In this document: piece by piece, positions 63,759-64,000 of the stretch | Position numbering within the stretch: the stretch's first letter is position 1 | How the letters are laid out: every line of letters begins with the position of its first letter | DNA from: an uncultured Acidobacteriota bacterium | Lineage (GTDB): Bacteria; Acidobacteriota; Thermoanaerobaculia; UBA5066; Gp7-AA6 | Assembly: GCA_963749265.1 (NCBI GenBank) | Contig: CAVVML010000030.1 | Span: 328-64,327 of the forward strand | DNA: 64,000 nt | Direction: 5' to 3' | Program-made: the position numbers and the translations under genes | The notes under the pieces: model-generated | The model's input: only the letters and a program-made list of their open reading frames with translations | Database searches by the model: none | Told to the model about the DNA's origin: nothing

Positions 63759-64000
63759 ATGGCAGAGCAAAACGTCGGAAAAGTCGTCGCGATCATCGGG
63801 CCGGTGCTCGACATCGAGTTCCCGGAAGGCAAGCTCCCCGCGATCTACAACGCCGTCCAGATCCAGGACGACGGGAAGACGACGGGCGAGAAGATCGACG
63901 TCATCGCCGAAGTCGCCCAGCAGCTCGGCGAGTCCGTCGCCCGCTGTGTGTCGATGAAGCCGACCGACGGCATGGTGCGCGGCATGAAGGCCGTGGACCT
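63759..64000 (+). CDS. atpD: ATP synthase F1 subunit beta, 5' part
   Basis: MAEQNVGKVVAIIGPVLDIEF...LPAIYNA...EVAQQLG; SD AGGAG upstream. Confidence 0.96.
   Translation, partial: MAEQNVGKVVAIIGPVLDIEFPEGKLPAIYNAVQIQDDGKTTGEKIDVIAEVAQQLGESVARCVSMKPTDGMVRGMKAVD

Overview
High-GC bacterial chromosome segment, probably Acidobacteriota (Thermoanaerobaculia-like, inferred from gene content and SLH-type proteins), spanning the replication origin. Left of the origin, mostly on the minus strand: dnaA-dnaN-recF-gyrB-gyrA, a transaldolase-like gene, a DUF507-like gene, a MocR/PdxR regulator with pdxS-pdxT, an enoyl-CoA hydratase, an N-acetyltransferase and a MATE transporter. Further left the dprA-topA-trmFO-xerC-hslV backbone is interrupted by accessory genes (radical SAM/glycosyltransferase operon, sulfatase, OprB porin, SCO/cytochrome c, repeat surface protein). 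Right of the origin, on the plus strand: rpmH-rnpA-yidD-yidC-jag-mnmE-mnmG-rsmG-parA-parB, bactofilin and atpF'FHAGD. Many essential genes carry single-base frameshifts, most likely long-read assembly errors. No tRNA, rRNA, CRISPR array or transposase was recognised. The most interesting non-genic signals are: (1) a family of intergenic palindromes built from 7- or 8-mer tandem repeats at junctions of core operons; (2) AT-rich pseudo-palindromic 24-25 bp motifs written into the codons of origin-proximal genes; (3) a triplicated 50-bp gene end; (4) a bipartite oriC with variant DnaA boxes; (5) two parS sites; and (6) pervasive leaderless-type promoters. All protein assignments come from motif recognition by eye, not from database searches.
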